NCBI GenBank assembly: GCA_965287045.1
Contig: OZ336874.1
Location: 17,112,001 to 17,176,000, forward strand
DNA: 64,000 bases
Origin: Carcharhinus amblyrhynchos
Lineage: Eukaryota
Direction: 5' to 3'
The notes beneath the pieces are model-generated. The model saw nothing but the letters and a program-made list of their open reading frames with translations. It did not search any database and was not told the DNA's origin. How positions within the stretch are numbered: position 1 is the first letter of the stretch; the number at the start of each line of letters is the position of its first letter. Positions 1-13,098 of the stretch are shown here, one piece after another. The position numbers were made by a program, and so were the translations under genes.

Positions 1-774
1 GACCATTACGTGGTAAGATAAATAAAAAGGACTGCACAAAAAAAAATGTGCATCGAAAAATTCAAATTATTTCCGTCTCTACAGCCAGATACATACATCA
101 TTTCTACAGCTTAAAAAAAGCTACGGTCTGGAAAAAAATATGAACAAATAAGCAACTTTTTAAATTCACTTCATCGAATGATAAACTTTTGTTAAAAAAG
201 GGAAAGAAGTTTACACAGTTAAAAATGAAGCACAGGTCAGCAGTATATTACAGTACTAAAAAACTAAATCAGTAATTTGAACATTCCCTCCCTCTTTATA
301 ATTAGTATGAGTGAATGGTGGAAAGGGGTGATGTTGAAGCAAAACGTGTCCAACTAGTTTCTTGAGTCAGGAAATGGCCTTTTCATAACATTTTTCATTC
401 TCTTGCAGGTACAGTACTCTCAAGATTCAGCTTTGCAATCCATTTTTCACAGTCCTCAGGTAATCCTTTACACAATCGTTGTCTTCCGTAACAGGTCTTT
501 CCCCCCCTCCAATCATCAAAGTTGAATCCTCGAGTTATTTGAAAAATCCTTTCGATGCCACAGCAGAAAGGATTCTCGTCTTCTTTTCAAGTTAGGGTTA
601 TTAAACTGCCAATTCTTGGTCCACCTGGAATAGTGTTTTTTTTAAATTTCCCTCCCCCCCCCACTAATTTATTTTTAGCTAGGAGTAAGTAGTACTTCTC
701 AAGCACATTGTATGGCTCAGAAGAGGCTTTCTGGATCTTAAATGGCCTACAGTAAATCCAAGGTGGATCAGGTT
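1..774 (-). other. PTPRD: PTPRD 3' UTR (probably continues past the window edge)
   Basis: Directly follows the stop codon; AU-rich and free of recognisable repeats. Confidence 0.8.
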
Positions 775-843
775 TTACGTTGCATAGTGATCGAAGCTTC
801 CAAGGTACTCCAGTGCAGCTCGATAGCAGAACTGATACTGATC
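775..843 (-). CDS. PTPRD: PTPRD terminal coding exon with stop codon
   Basis: ctcggcag|GAT CAG...GCA ACG TAA; [22 protein letters not shown], the LAR-family C-terminus. Confidence 0.96.
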   Translation of the reverse strand, partial: DQYQFCYRAALEYLGSFDHYAT

Positions 844-2021
844 CTGCCGAGAGATAAGAGGAAATGAATTTCCAATAAGAGAGCTTTGAATACAGTAAAT
901 GGTGCAGCTGAATTTCAACTTTGATGCGAGTGAGTGCACTACAGTTCAACAAGTGTGGACCGATGGACTGCGCCGGACTAAAAGCATTACAAGAATGTCA
1001 TGCAATCCATGTTTTATTGAAGGCAGCTTCCCCCACTATGGGACAAAACAGTTCTGCAAACATTAACTTTTGACATGAGATGAAATCCACCTCTATATCT
1101 TTTCCTCATGCAGTTTATCATCAGTGGTGAATAATTACATCTTAAAATGCTGTTGAACTTTAGGTCTGGCACTGTTCCGTTAAGCTTGAATACGGCAGCT
1201 GTCTGCACAGCACAGTTGAACTTTGCATGCATAAGTAAGTAATTCAATTTGCATTTTGACCAGAGCTCTGAAATAATACAAACCTCTGCATACGCTATGC
1301 ACTTGGATGGAATTCCTCTCTCCCATTTTTGAGGTATTAAGAGGTAAACAGATTAATGCCTTATCTACAAAAGCAATGGGGAGTAAGGGTGGGGTCTTCT
1401 GGCCCTGCTGAAGGCAATCCCCCGCCGCAGGTTCCCCGGTGGCGGGGCAGGTAAGCCGTGCGCAATGCCGTAGACCTCCTGTCGGTAGCTGCTTTCACTG
1501 CTGGTATACATGCTGTGGGGATTGGAAAATCCCAGCCCTAGGAATTAAGCGATACAAATACAGTCCCGGGTGTTTATCCAAATTCTATTGTATTTACATG
1601 TCATATCTTATCCTCATAAGGAATAAAATGATCCCCAAGTATCGAGTGAGCATTTGACTAGGAGTGAGTCCACTTTCTATTGCAGAAGCAACTTCTGAGG
1701 TGTTGTTCCACTTCTTTGCAGTGTGACAGCTTGTTGTCTAGATCATGGGAATGGCGGTTGTGATGCAAAGGCAGCAATTGGGAAGCATGAAATTAGGAAA
1801 TCTACCTTCAAATTCTGAGGGATGGGTGACTGAGATTTCCAGCTTATGGATAGTTTGTTTTAAGCTGCTATAGAAGTTTAAGATCTACAGGCGTCCAATG
1901 AATTTGAAGGTAATTAGGATCAAAGGACCAATGTTTTCAGCCACCAATAACCACTGCGCTATGTCAGTGTTTTTTTTTGTTTGTCTTTTATGACTCAGAA
2001 TCACATATGCTTTGGTATATT

Positions 2022-2766
2022 GGGGGTGAACTTACCAAAAAAACGTTAAGTGCCGAATGAGCATGAAAATGGGAGTTTCAGATCTGTTTTTTCAGCAATG
2101 GCACAAATGAAATCTTATGGTACTTAGTACAAAAAAGATACACAATCTGATTCCCACCAGCAGGGGGAATGGACAGGGCCCAAGCTCACCAGAAAGGCGG
2201 CTGCTCATGCTAGATAGCATAATCGTGCATGCACAGATCTCTCTATTCTGTTGATCGACCCGTATTGGACCCGGTTGATCGAACCCTCCCAGTCAATCGC
2301 TACCCCGGTCAATCACCGGTAACAGAGTGTGCAGCTCCCCACCCCCCGCCCCATTGTGTTGCCGCCGCCCTCCCCTTAGGCCTCACCCTCTCGGGCCCCA
2401 CTCCTGTGGCACTGCCAGGGTGCCAGCCTAGCACTACCCCCTGCCCCCGGCCCCCCAGGGGGCATCAATCAGTAAGGCCATCACATCAAGTTCCCAATAA
2501 TATGGACAATTCGTGATCCCAGTGACACCGATAGGCTGCTAAGGCAAGAGAGCCTGAAGAATTACATCCTGGACTCACTGATAATATTCACAACAATATT
2601 TAAATATTATAATCAACCTCACACTCCTGACCACGCCAGACATCCAGACCTGGTAAGATTGTGAGATGTGAAAAACTGGGTACGAACCTGATTTTTCGCC
2701 TCTCACACCATCTTACCGGCTCACCCCACCCAAAGACTGGCAGGACGAGCTGGTAAGATTTCCCCA
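2022..2766. mobile_element. Non-autonomous DNA transposon (PIF/Harbinger-like MITE)
   Basis: Imperfect TIRs GGGGGTGAACTTACC / GGTAAGATTTCCCCA flanked by ATT on both sides. Confidence 0.62.
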
Positions 2767-4629
2767 ATTGTCTTTATGGAGTTACAAATGTGACATATTT
2801 AAAATCAGAGCAGTGTCTTTCAGATTGGCCAGGTGACCCTTCCTAGTCCTATATATTTCCAGGTAGCTCTTATTCCACAGGCTTTATACATCGTCTGGAA
2901 TGAGTGCTCCTTTCAGCAACACTCGTATCTGTTGTTGAAAGGAAGGTTTCCTAACTCAGGAGATTCTGCGCGTAATCCTTCCCTTCAAATGCATGGGACC
3001 CTGGGGGAAATGAGCTTGTTTGGCGATGAGACAATCAAACCAAGCTTTAACCCTCACAACTGGACTATGACATACTGATTATTGGCAGCCTCCAAGGAAC
3101 ATACAATACCTGTTCTTCGATGCTCGGCAGAACTTCAACTTGTCTGCCACGCACAGAACAGAAGAGATGTTCTGTCCTTGCCTAAACTTATTTATTCCAC
3201 TTAAGGGTCTCTTCCATTTTGACCTCTTTCTTTTCAACTTTCACGCTTATTCCTCAGGTGCTGATGTGTGCAGTGACAATGTTTTGTCAGCGAAGGATGG
3301 AATAGGACAAACTATGTTTCACGTAGACATAAAACTGCACTTTGTTTGTTGCCGATTAAAAATAGCTTCAGCTTCTTTCATTGAAAGAAAAAATACAAAT
3401 GCTGGCAGCTCAGACTGTGGAACTATCATCACTGTGATCACAGATGGAAAACAGGGTTTACTATTCAGGTCATTAAATTCAGTGCATTCTCCAAACTCAA
3501 TATACAAAAATATTTCAGTTCAACAACTTAAAAAAAATAAAATTGTATTCCAAACGACTCAAGTGACCTTCGTACAGCTCACACCATCCAAATCGTGGCC
3601 AGAATTATCTACTATTTCATCCTTCAGGACAAGAGGAATTAAAGGATTTTCAGAGTCTCCCCAGCAGTGTTTTTTAAGCTGGTACCACACCTACTATTCA
3701 TAACTGCTCATCATTTGCAGTAGTTGTGAACACACCTTCATATTTGCAAGATGTGAAGGGGAAAGCAGACTGGGGAAAGGTATGTCCAACAAGTGCAGTA
3801 ATACATTAGAACTTGCACTTCTACATGGAGCCGTGCAAAGAACCTTGCCCGTGCAGAATGGAATTTCAGACAGAGACCATTACAGAACAATGTAGATTTT
3901 TACAAGCAAACATTCTTCCAGGTAACTTTGTGGGATGATGATCACGTTCCCAAGCTTCAGTGCACTCGGGTGTCAAACAGGTCACTGGCAGATGATTTGC
4001 CATGCTAAGGAATTTCAGCAATTTCCATCAGGAAGGAGTCCCACTTCTACTACGGAGCAGAATTCCCGAAAATGTAAGGCATCATTATGTCTGCTTGTCT
4101 CCACCCAAAGGCAACTCTATTGCAGACTGCTTCATAAATTTGGGAGGCTTGCAGTCACAAGAACAGATTCGTACACTTGTTCTATGGTCCACTCCGCTCC
4201 ACTTCCCATGGTGGATGGAACGGGACAATTCACCCCCACATCTCAGGTTCTTGTTCCCTTACACCTAACACGGCAGCCAGCCATTCCACAGATCCTGGAG
4301 GATGCAGCAGTCAGTTAACAACATGTATTTGTTCTGCAGAAAGCAGTATATGTGCCAAGGAATGGCACTCTATGTGCCAACATCGAGTGCTTAACAGCCC
4401 TTGATGAGGAGGCAATGGCAATAATTGGCTTCAGCTCTTGACTGGTTATTGGGCTGAGTGGGGGGGGGGTCTCTGAGCTGTTAGTGGAATTGTAAGAAGG
4501 TTAATTTCTTTTTTAAAGGTATCCTCAGTCACTTCACCAGCTAAAATATTTCTCACGAGAGCCACAAAAGTAGCTGATTAAAATACAATGCTTCTGAAGC
4601 ACTGTTAACAGGGAGAAAAACAAAGATTC

Positions 4630-5135
4630 ACAGTTATGTAACACTTTTCATGACCATTGGATGTCCCAAAGTGCTTTATTGCCAATGGAAGTACCGTAGA
4701 AGGGTAGTCACTGTTGGAGTCTGAAACGTGGTGGCCAGTTTGCACACAAATTCCCACACACGGTAATGTGATAATCTTTTCTTTTGGAAATGTTGACTGA
4801 GGGATTAATATTGGGAGAACTTCATTGCGCTTTTTCAAAACTGTTATAGTGCTTTTATATCCATCAAGCTGGCAGCAGGGGCCTCAGTTAAATATCTCAC
4901 CCAAAAGAAACGGAGCTTCTGACAATGTAGCACTCCTGATGTGGGTATGCCGGCGTTGGACTGGCGTAAACACAGTAAAAAGTCTGACAACACTAAAACC
5001 TGGTGTTGTCAGACTTTTTACAATGTAGCACTCCATCAGTGCTGCAGTGGAGATCAGCCTTGATTGTTTTTTTGCTCAAAACCTAGAGTGGGACTTGAAC
5101 CAAGAACCTTATGACTTAGAGACAAGAGTGCGACC
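4630..5135 (-). mobile_element. DeuSINE-like element (SacSINE1/AmnSINE-type)
   Basis: Minus: B box GGTTCAAGTCC, AATATTAATCCCTCAGTCAACA, tail AAAGCACTTTGGGACATCC; interrupted at 4937-5019. Confidence 0.72.
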
Positions 5136-6172
5136 TGTAACTTTGTTGCCTTAGAGGCTGCAGAGGAGAATGCATCAGGGAACATTACTGAAGAGTAAAT
5201 ACTTTACAGTCCTCTCTACCTCTAGAAACACTGGCGAACACTCATCCATTCAGCCTCTCATTTGCAATCAGGAGCATGGAGACATTCATTAGTGGGGGTA
5301 ACACTTTTGCTGAGAGATTAAAACATGATCAGAGTATGCACAAGCAAGAGGATGGAGGCTGATGCCAGTTGAGTGGGGTTCAGATATGTCAATCCCCACA
5401 TGCAAGGCTAGTGCTTGATGATCTGACAGCCCCTGCTCTGTAGAGAAAGAAGCAAGCAGAGCAAAAGACATATTAATTATCTGCATGGTATCTTCCAATG
5501 TGCAGGACAGGTGAATGCACTGGCAGTGGTGTACATTGCTCTGCAGAGGGTTTCAACGTATTGCAGGGCTGTCTGGAGAAAGTGAAAGCTATGAGAGCAC
5601 TGCCAATCCTTTCCCTTGCGAGAGGTCAAAACGGGTCAGTCAATTGAATTAAGAAGCAGCCGATGAGGACCAATCACTTGCAAGACGCACAGGGCTGCTT
5701 CTCGAACAGGCATTTCTGATGTGGTGAGGTCCACTCTCCCACTGATCACTGCTAATCAGAATCCTGTTCCCCAGGCTTATGGAGAAGTTGGAGCCCATGC
5801 CTCACAGGCTGCTTCCTGCCAGAAAAGCACAGCAAAACATCCCACCGGGTTCCTACAGGAGACTCCTTCTTCACAGAAGCAGGCTGCCAAGAACCATGTA
5901 GTGAAGTGTCCTATTTCCATTTTAGGACTTGGGAACTCAGTGAAAGGCACCTCCAACCCAAAAGCCTAACTGTATTTTCTATGGGAATAGTGCTGAATTG
6001 TATACATTGTAAGGTGGCTGATGTGCCAAAAGCTCCCTGTAGTTCCTAGAAGAAATGTAAGTTTGAGCATTATGGTTACCTCCTCCACTACCGCCACTGC
6101 ATCCCCCACCCCTCCTCACACCCACCGCCTTGCCTCCTTTAACCCCCACCAACACAGCCTCCAAACTCAAAA

Positions 6173-7287
6173 CTTCTGCACAAAATGCAGATGTATGGGA
6201 TTGGGGGTGATCTAGGGAACTGGATTAGGAATTGGCTAGCGGATAGGAGACAGAGGGTAGTGGTTGACGGTAAATATTCATCATGGAGTTCGGTTACAAG
6301 TGGTGTGCCTCAGGGATCTGTGTTGGGGCCACTGCTGTTTGTGATTTTTATTAATGATCTGGATGAGGGTATAGTTGGGTGGATCAGTAAATTTGCTGAT
6401 GACACCAAAGTCGGAGGTGTGGTAGATAGTGAGGAAGGGTGTCATAGTTTGCAGGAAGACTTAGACAGGTTGCAGAGCTGGGCCGAGAGGTGGCGGATGG
6501 AGTTTAATGCAGAGAAATGTGAGGTAATTCACTTTGGTAGGAATAACAGATGTGTTGAGTGTAGGGCTAACGGGAAGACTTTGAATAGTGTGGAGGAGCA
6601 GAGGGATCTAGGTGTATGTGTACATAGATCCCTGAAAGTTGGGAATCAAGTAGATAAGGTTGTTAAGAAGGCATACAGTGTCTTGGCGTTTATTGGTAGG
6701 GGAATTGAATTTAGGAGTCGTAGCGTTATGTTGCAACTGTACACAACTCTGGTGTGGCCGCACTTGGAGTATTGTGTGCAGTTCTGGTCCCCACATTACA
6801 GGAAGGATGAGGAGGCTTTGGAGAGGGTGCAGAGGAGGTTTACCAGGATGTTGCCTGGTATGGAGGGGAGATCCTATGAGGAGAGGCTGAGGGATTTGGG
6901 GTTGTTTTCGCTGGAAAGAAGGCGGCTAAGAGGGGATCTTATTGAAACATATAAGATGATTAGAGGTTTAGATAGGGTGGATAGTGATAGCCTTTTTCCT
7001 CTGATGGAAAAATCTAGCACGAGGGGGCATGGCTTTAAACTAAGGGGGGGTAGTTATAGGACAGATGTCAGGGGTAGGTTCTTTACCCAGAGGGTGGTGA
7101 GGGATTGGAATGCCCTGCCTGCTGCAGTTGTAAATGCGCCTAGTTTGGGGGCGTTTAAGAGGTCTGTGGATAGGTTTATGGACGAAAAGGGATTGGTTTA
7201 GGTTAGTGGGTCATTGTTTTTTTTTAACTGGTCGACGCAACATCGTGGGCCAAAGGGCCTGTTCTGCGCTGTAATGTTCTATGTTCT
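6173..7287 (+). mobile_element. Young 5'-truncated CR1 LINE with an open C-terminal RT frame (6185-7201)
   Basis: GVPQGSVLGP, KFADD, HLEYCVQFWSP, ERRRLRGDL; short 3' UTR ending (ATGTTCT)2; possible 4-bp TSD/microhomology CTTC. Confidence 0.93.
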
Positions 7288-8778
7288 CTTCGAGTGGCTG
7301 GGGACTGTTCTGTGTGTCCCCAGCCATGGCTCCTGCTATTGCATTTTTCACTAACAACCTCTCCATTTGGTTGCCCGGGGTGGGAAATGGAAGTAAAAAA
7401 AATTGTTGATCGGATCTCTGTGTCCCTAGCCTTTGGCAATTTTCAGGCTTCCCAATCCTTTCCCACAAATAATGGGGCCAAAGAATCTCTTTTCAATTGG
7501 TGTATGGAGGGAGATGCATGCCAAGGATGGACATGTTGGGTGAAATATGGTAAGAGTGTGGGACAGGACATTAGAACGTCATGCGATGAAATTCCTGGGA
7601 ATTCTTCAAAGTTGAGTTGGCAACTCCATTCCATACTGTTTGTTCAGAAGATACAGTCTATCGCTACTAAACTAGGTTGAATATTTGCAATGCCATCTTG
7701 CGGGTGCATTTCCTCTGGCTCAAGTCAATGAAGAGGAATGAAAGAGGCATGTAGAAACCCACTCCCAGTTAGCAATTACAGCATTTTGCAACTTTCACCA
7801 CACAATGGAAATGTGCAGCAGGTGACGACAGAGGTAACATGCCTTTCATCCCGAGTATTTGGCTAAAGTGTCAAGCTGCTGCTTTTGATGAATGGTGTTT
7901 CTGATTTTGGGAGCAGTTCTGATTTAGTTTTACTTGGGGGCTTGTGAATAAATCCAAAGCGGGATTTTCCATGCATTCAGCATTTAGACAAATTCAGCCA
8001 AAATGATTGACTACGCAAATCGGTCTCAAACACTTAGGGGCTTTTTTCACTTAATATGATTCACATTATTTGCTCTGATTTCTCCCCACATATTTGTGTT
8101 TTGCTGCCTCTTTCTAGATATTACATTGCATAAACCTTTGTGCAACCAGGGGCAGACAGCAGCCCTTTCTCTGTGACTCTGCCAATGCTTCCCATTGAGT
8201 TCAGCACCAGAAGGTAGGTGCAAGGCACATTGCGTGAATCATCTGATATTCAAACCAGCACATGCAGACTCGCTGTGGCAACACAGAAGCTTACAAACCA
8301 ACTTCCCTTCACTACAGCTGCATCAGTGTTGCGTGAGACCTGGGAAATGGCACTAGTTACCAATGCCTCGGGATGTGTGAAGCCATCTGGAACCCGTAAG
8401 TATTATAGCCAAAATTCAACAAAGCTGATGGCTGGAAAGAACCACTTTCACTAGGTTTATTGGCCACATGCCTTCCCAAAAGCTGCCAATTATTGTATGG
8501 TCTGCAGCTGGCAACATGACCTCCGCATCAGAAGGCAACGCTATCAGCATGCATTTCACAAAATACAAAAGGAGTTTTCTCCTTACACATCTCATTTGTA
8601 AATGACTCTCAATTTGACTTAGTAAATGACAATTTTTCTTTAAATGGTCCATCATGTCGGACTGCGATCAGTCAGGGTGTAGCTGTTCATTTACAATGGT
8701 AGCTGTTGCAATAGGGAGCTAATGGAAAGTGAATGAGAAAACAGGAGCATTCAATTCTTCAAAAACTATTTCCTTTAC

Positions 8779-8914
8779 CTCTGTCTGCACCATAGCTGGC
8801 CGCTGTGTTCTTAGCATCTTGACAGTCTGAAAGATATCCACAACGCCCTCATATCTCATTCTTTCCAATACAATACTTAGTGTTATGAAAACACCAGTCC
8901 TCCCAACGCCAGCA
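8779..8914 (-). CDS. PTPRD: PTPRD D2 penultimate exon
   Basis: cccatag|T GCT...ACA GAG|gtaaag; 136 nt; (S)[45 protein letters not shown]. Confidence 0.96.
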
Positions 8915-9986
8915 CTATGGGGAGCAAAAGAACATTAATTAAATGACAATCAAGTGGCTGAGAGACTATGTTGGTAAAGGCTTCCCACACACTATGCAAT
9001 TATTAAATATAATACTGCAGCCAGTATTTTGAATGTGCTACTGTAAACCCTATTAACACAACAGACAGTGAGGGTTTTGTAAACACTAGAGTGTATAAAG
9101 AACCAGTGAAGTATGTTGGGTATTTAGCTTTTAAAAACATGACAAACTTATTTGGCAGTGTTCAATTTTAATTGCTATAATCTGAAAGGTTCTATTCAAT
9201 GTTCCTGCGTAATAATGGGAGCCCCTTCATTTACCAACACCAAAGGCTTCAACATAGCTGTGAGGGTGGTGGACTGAAACCATTTCGTAAAATTCACATA
9301 TCTGTGTGGTCTCTTTTTGGCTGCATTTCACTCAGAGTTCTAGAATAGTCAGCACTGCGGGCTCAATTTCATCAGCTCTCTGGAGATAGGCTGGGAGGCA
9401 GGAAGTGGGGTAAAATGGTGGCAGAGCCACAGAATAGAATCACGGAATACCTACCATGCAGAAGGAGGCCATTCGGCCCATCAAACCTGCACCAACAACA
9501 ATCCCATCCAGGGCCCTATTCCAGAAGGCTACAGGAAGGGAACCCGACATCTTCCTGCCGTCACAGGATATACTCGTTGGCTGGAAAGGCAGCAATGCAT
9601 TTGACCAGGGTGGGTGGCCAATGAAATCATTGAATTGATGAATTAAAGGCTACTTCTGCCCTTGTCAGCAGTTAGCCATGTGAGGAGACTGCCAGACACT
9701 GTGAGCTCCCAGCGAGTCCCAGAGGTGGTGGGTGAGGTTCTTTCTTAATATTTTCACTGTAGTCCTGGTGTCAATGGCTGCCCTACAGCTAGAGTGTTAG
9801 GCTTCACTACTGGAGGATTGACCCCTCCAATCCTAGGCCTACCTAACTGGTTCTGGCACAGTATGTGAAAAATCTTGCTCGGTTTGAGAATGCATCAACA
9901 TGGAAGTGCCCTTTTCTACTACCTGTAGCCTCCTTAGTGGCTACTTTTAATGGTGGCACTCTATTGGCCACTGTTGGCACTGTCCT

Positions 9987-10510
9987 AAAGGCAAAATACT
10001 GTGGATGCTGGAATCTGAAACAAAAACAGAAAATGCTGGGAAATCTCAGCAGGTCTGACAGCACCTGTGAAGAGAGAATACCTCAGTCCAACGCCGGCAT
10101 CTCTACATTGAGAGAGAATAGGGCCAATGTTTCGAACCTGGATGACCCTTCATCAGAGCCGAAGAGAAGGAAAACTGGACAAAATTTATATCAGTTCTGA
10201 AATCTCACTCTCCAATCCCACCTCCCCCAGCCCTGTCCCCACCCCCAGACCACATTCCTCAAGTAGTCCCCTTACAATCTGTACCCTTGTTCTGCCATTC
10301 ACACATTCCGATCACTTAATGAATGCTTCTGGCACCTTTCTCATCACAATTTACATTATCTTTATCCTCACGGTGTAAATCTTGTCTGACTTTCCTTCTC
10401 TTCAGCTCTGACAAAGGGTCATTCCGACTTGAAACATTGGCTCTATTTTCTCTCCACAGATGCTGTCAGACCTGTTGAGATTTTTCAGTGTTTTCTGTTT
10501 TTGTTTGAGT
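9987..10510. mobile_element. Non-autonomous Penelope-derived element with long inverted termini, each carrying a hammerhead-like motif
   Basis: AAACAAAAACAGAAAATGCTGG..CTCAGCAGGTCTGACAGCA.CTGTG at the left end and its reverse complement at the right end. Confidence 0.75.
10122..10160 (-). ncRNA. Minimal hammerhead ribozyme motif, sense to the PTPRD pre-mRNA
   Basis: Minus GGCT-CTGATGA-AGGGTCATCCAGGTTC-GAAAC-ATT-GGCC; inverted partner at 10404-10442 (+). Confidence 0.55.
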
Positions 10511-11495
10511 ATACTTATAGTTTTGGAATAACGAGAGAGGAAATTTCAGTGGAGAATACACCATAATTGGTTGCGGGTCCAGGAAGATAAGAGAGAGATT
10601 GGCAGCTAGAAGTGAACAAGAATAGTCAGCAGTTACCCAGGTGGGAGAGAAATGCTGGGAGCAGGGGGATAGGATTGAAGCCTTGTATGATTTGGGACAT
10701 AATATAATAATGTGGGGCTGAGAGAAAATGTAGTGCACAGTGCAAAAGAGATAAAATTGTCTCCCAAATCTGTAAAATTTGAACTAGGATTTTCATTGTT
10801 CCACTGAGGTTTTGTGGTGATAGCGCCCCTGCCTCTGAGTTAGAAGCTTTGGGTTTGAGTCCAACCCTGGAACTTGGTGGTCATGGAAAGTGTGTTCATA
10901 ACAGCCAGCAGGTTGAGCATCAACTTACAAAATCCTTCCAACACATGTGATTACAAAAATAATATTTCAATGTATATTTTAAAAATTTTAGTTGGATTAA
11001 AAACACTGATGTTTGTGTGAGGATGCAATCATCCCATGCCGAGTGCCTCTCTTGGTTAGTTGGGTTCTGACTTCTTCATTCCTAGATAGCTAAATGCACA
11101 GTTCATCCAGAATGGAAGCAGCCAGACATTTCAAATTGTCTCCTGGGGTTTCCCAAAGTGTTTCAAAAGTCTCGGATCAGGTTTTTGTGTGAATATTGGT
11201 CTCAGCAGCATTTTTTCATTTCACACATCCCCTGTGATCCTACTTTATAACTTGAGACAGTGAATTTTTGAACCTTTGCCACCTCGTGGTTATTCAGGAT
11301 TTTATTTAATGCTCTGAATCAAAATCCACCAGTGAGGCAGCCTGCCTGCTTTCTAATATTCTGTGCGCTGCAGCACCCTGAGCTGACTTTACATAGCACG
11401 GGCACATTTTGTGGAGGAAAGTGCCTCACCTTTCGCTTGAGTTGTTTTCCCTTACTTCCACTGAGGAAGGTGCAATGCATGAAGAGCCTACTCAC

Positions 11496-11650
11496 CTACA
11501 GTGAACACTGATGGGTCCATCTTGACCAAACTGTTCTTTTGTCTTGTGTACTTGGCCAATGAAATCAATAAATCCTTCTCCAGACTTTGGCACTCCTTGT
11601 TCTGGCCAATCAGTAAACTGGAACTGTCTCACTGTGCGTGACTGACCATC
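11496..11650 (-). CDS. PTPRD: PTPRD D2 exon (WPE loop to VHC)
   Basis: aaacag|GAT...TGT AG|gtgagt; 155 nt; [51 protein letters not shown](S). Confidence 0.96.
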
Positions 11651-12794
11651 CTGTTTCACAAGAAAACACAATAAGCTCTCAATCGATGGGCCACACCTCA
11701 TTAAATTCTCTAAGGAATCAAATGAGACTGAAAAGAATGCTGCCCAGAAAATATAACGGTCTTGTGCGGTTCATTTATTTTATGTTTTTCAATACCAATT
11801 AATAGGAAAACCTGTCTTGAAGATGGAATTGCAGACTTGACAATTTGAAATAATGCACTAAAGTCAATAAATCTAACAGTGCTTTTAAATTCATGTCATA
11901 ATTCACTCAGATCAAATGCAGAACAATGGCCATTCTTCTTTCCTTTACCTGCCAATTTGATTGTGGATATGTCAAGCGTTTTTGTCCTTTTTAAAAAAAT
12001 AATATTGCCATTTAAGAACATGTATGCTCTTCCTGACAACAAAACATCTGATCAAGTTGCTTTAGCTGTTGAAATTGATAAGGGGGAAACACAGCAGACC
12101 TCACGCTTGGTAAACGTGCTGTTGTCATGAATATTAACAGCAGCGATATTTATGAGTCAATTAGTTAGCAACATTTGTCTAGGCAGGAATATCTGGAGGG
12201 AAATAAATTCAAGCACTAAAACCCAAGGCTTACACTGTTTTCAAATGGTAAAAGTGACATAAAATCAGCTCAACAACCTCTAATCCATTCTTTGCAGAAC
12301 ACTACAGTTGAATAATTACAGCATTTGTCACCATAATGATGGTAATAATTTGCCTGTCATGCACTGGGCTGGACTGCTTTTTTTGATAGCAGGTATCACG
12401 CAGGTGATGTTAAATTCAACAGAGACCAGGCACCTGGAAAAGGGCATTATTTGCCCTAGTGTTGCAGTTGTTACTGTGATTATTGCTATTTGTCACAGAA
12501 TCTTCTTTGGAAATTTGTGAGTGAACTGAATATACACTGGAATATTGAATGATGAGTCAAATCTTGCAGCCCACACCCATTTTGCTGAAACCACAAACCG
12601 CGAACGTATTAGTAATGTTTAGTTACAAGCTCAGTATTATGTTCACCTTTTATTATTTACTGGTTTGTTTATAACATCCAATGTATAGTTTCTTAATAGA
12701 TCACTGTAACTTGTCAGAGTTATGGTGGGAAGCTATTTGGCCCATTGAGTCTGCTCTGATGTGATACTTCATGAATCCCAACTTACAAGTTTTT

Positions 12795-13098
12795 TTTAAT
12801 AAGTTTATTTATTAGTGTCACAAGTAGGCTTACATTGACACTGCAATGAAGTTACTGTGGAAATCCCCGAGTCACAACACTCTGGCACCTGCTTGGATAC
12901 ACTGAGGGAGAATTTAGCAAGGCCAATGTACCTAACCAGCATGTCTTTTGGACTGTGGGAGGAAACCGGCACACCTGGAGGAAACCCACGCAAACACAGG
13001 GAGAATGTGCAGACTCCATACAGACAGCGACCCAAGCTAGGAATCGAACCGAGGCACTGTGAGACAGCAGCGCTAACCACTGTGTCACCGTGCTGCCC
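12795..13098 (-). mobile_element. V-SINE (HE1-like), tail type GTAAGCCTACTTGTGACACTAATAAA
   Basis: Minus: tRNA head GGCAGCACGGTGACACAGTGGTTAGC..GGTTCGATTCC; V core GTTTGCGTGGGTTTCCTCCAGGTGTGCCGGTTTCCTCCCACAG. Confidence 0.88.

Noticed and set aside
587-952. 121-aa ORF over the last exon
   Set aside because: Different frame from the true terminal exon; spans intron and UTR.
1805-1870. Possible cassette exon (ctatag|CAG...GAAG|gtagat on minus)
   Set aside because: In-frame stop, weak splice sites and no other support.
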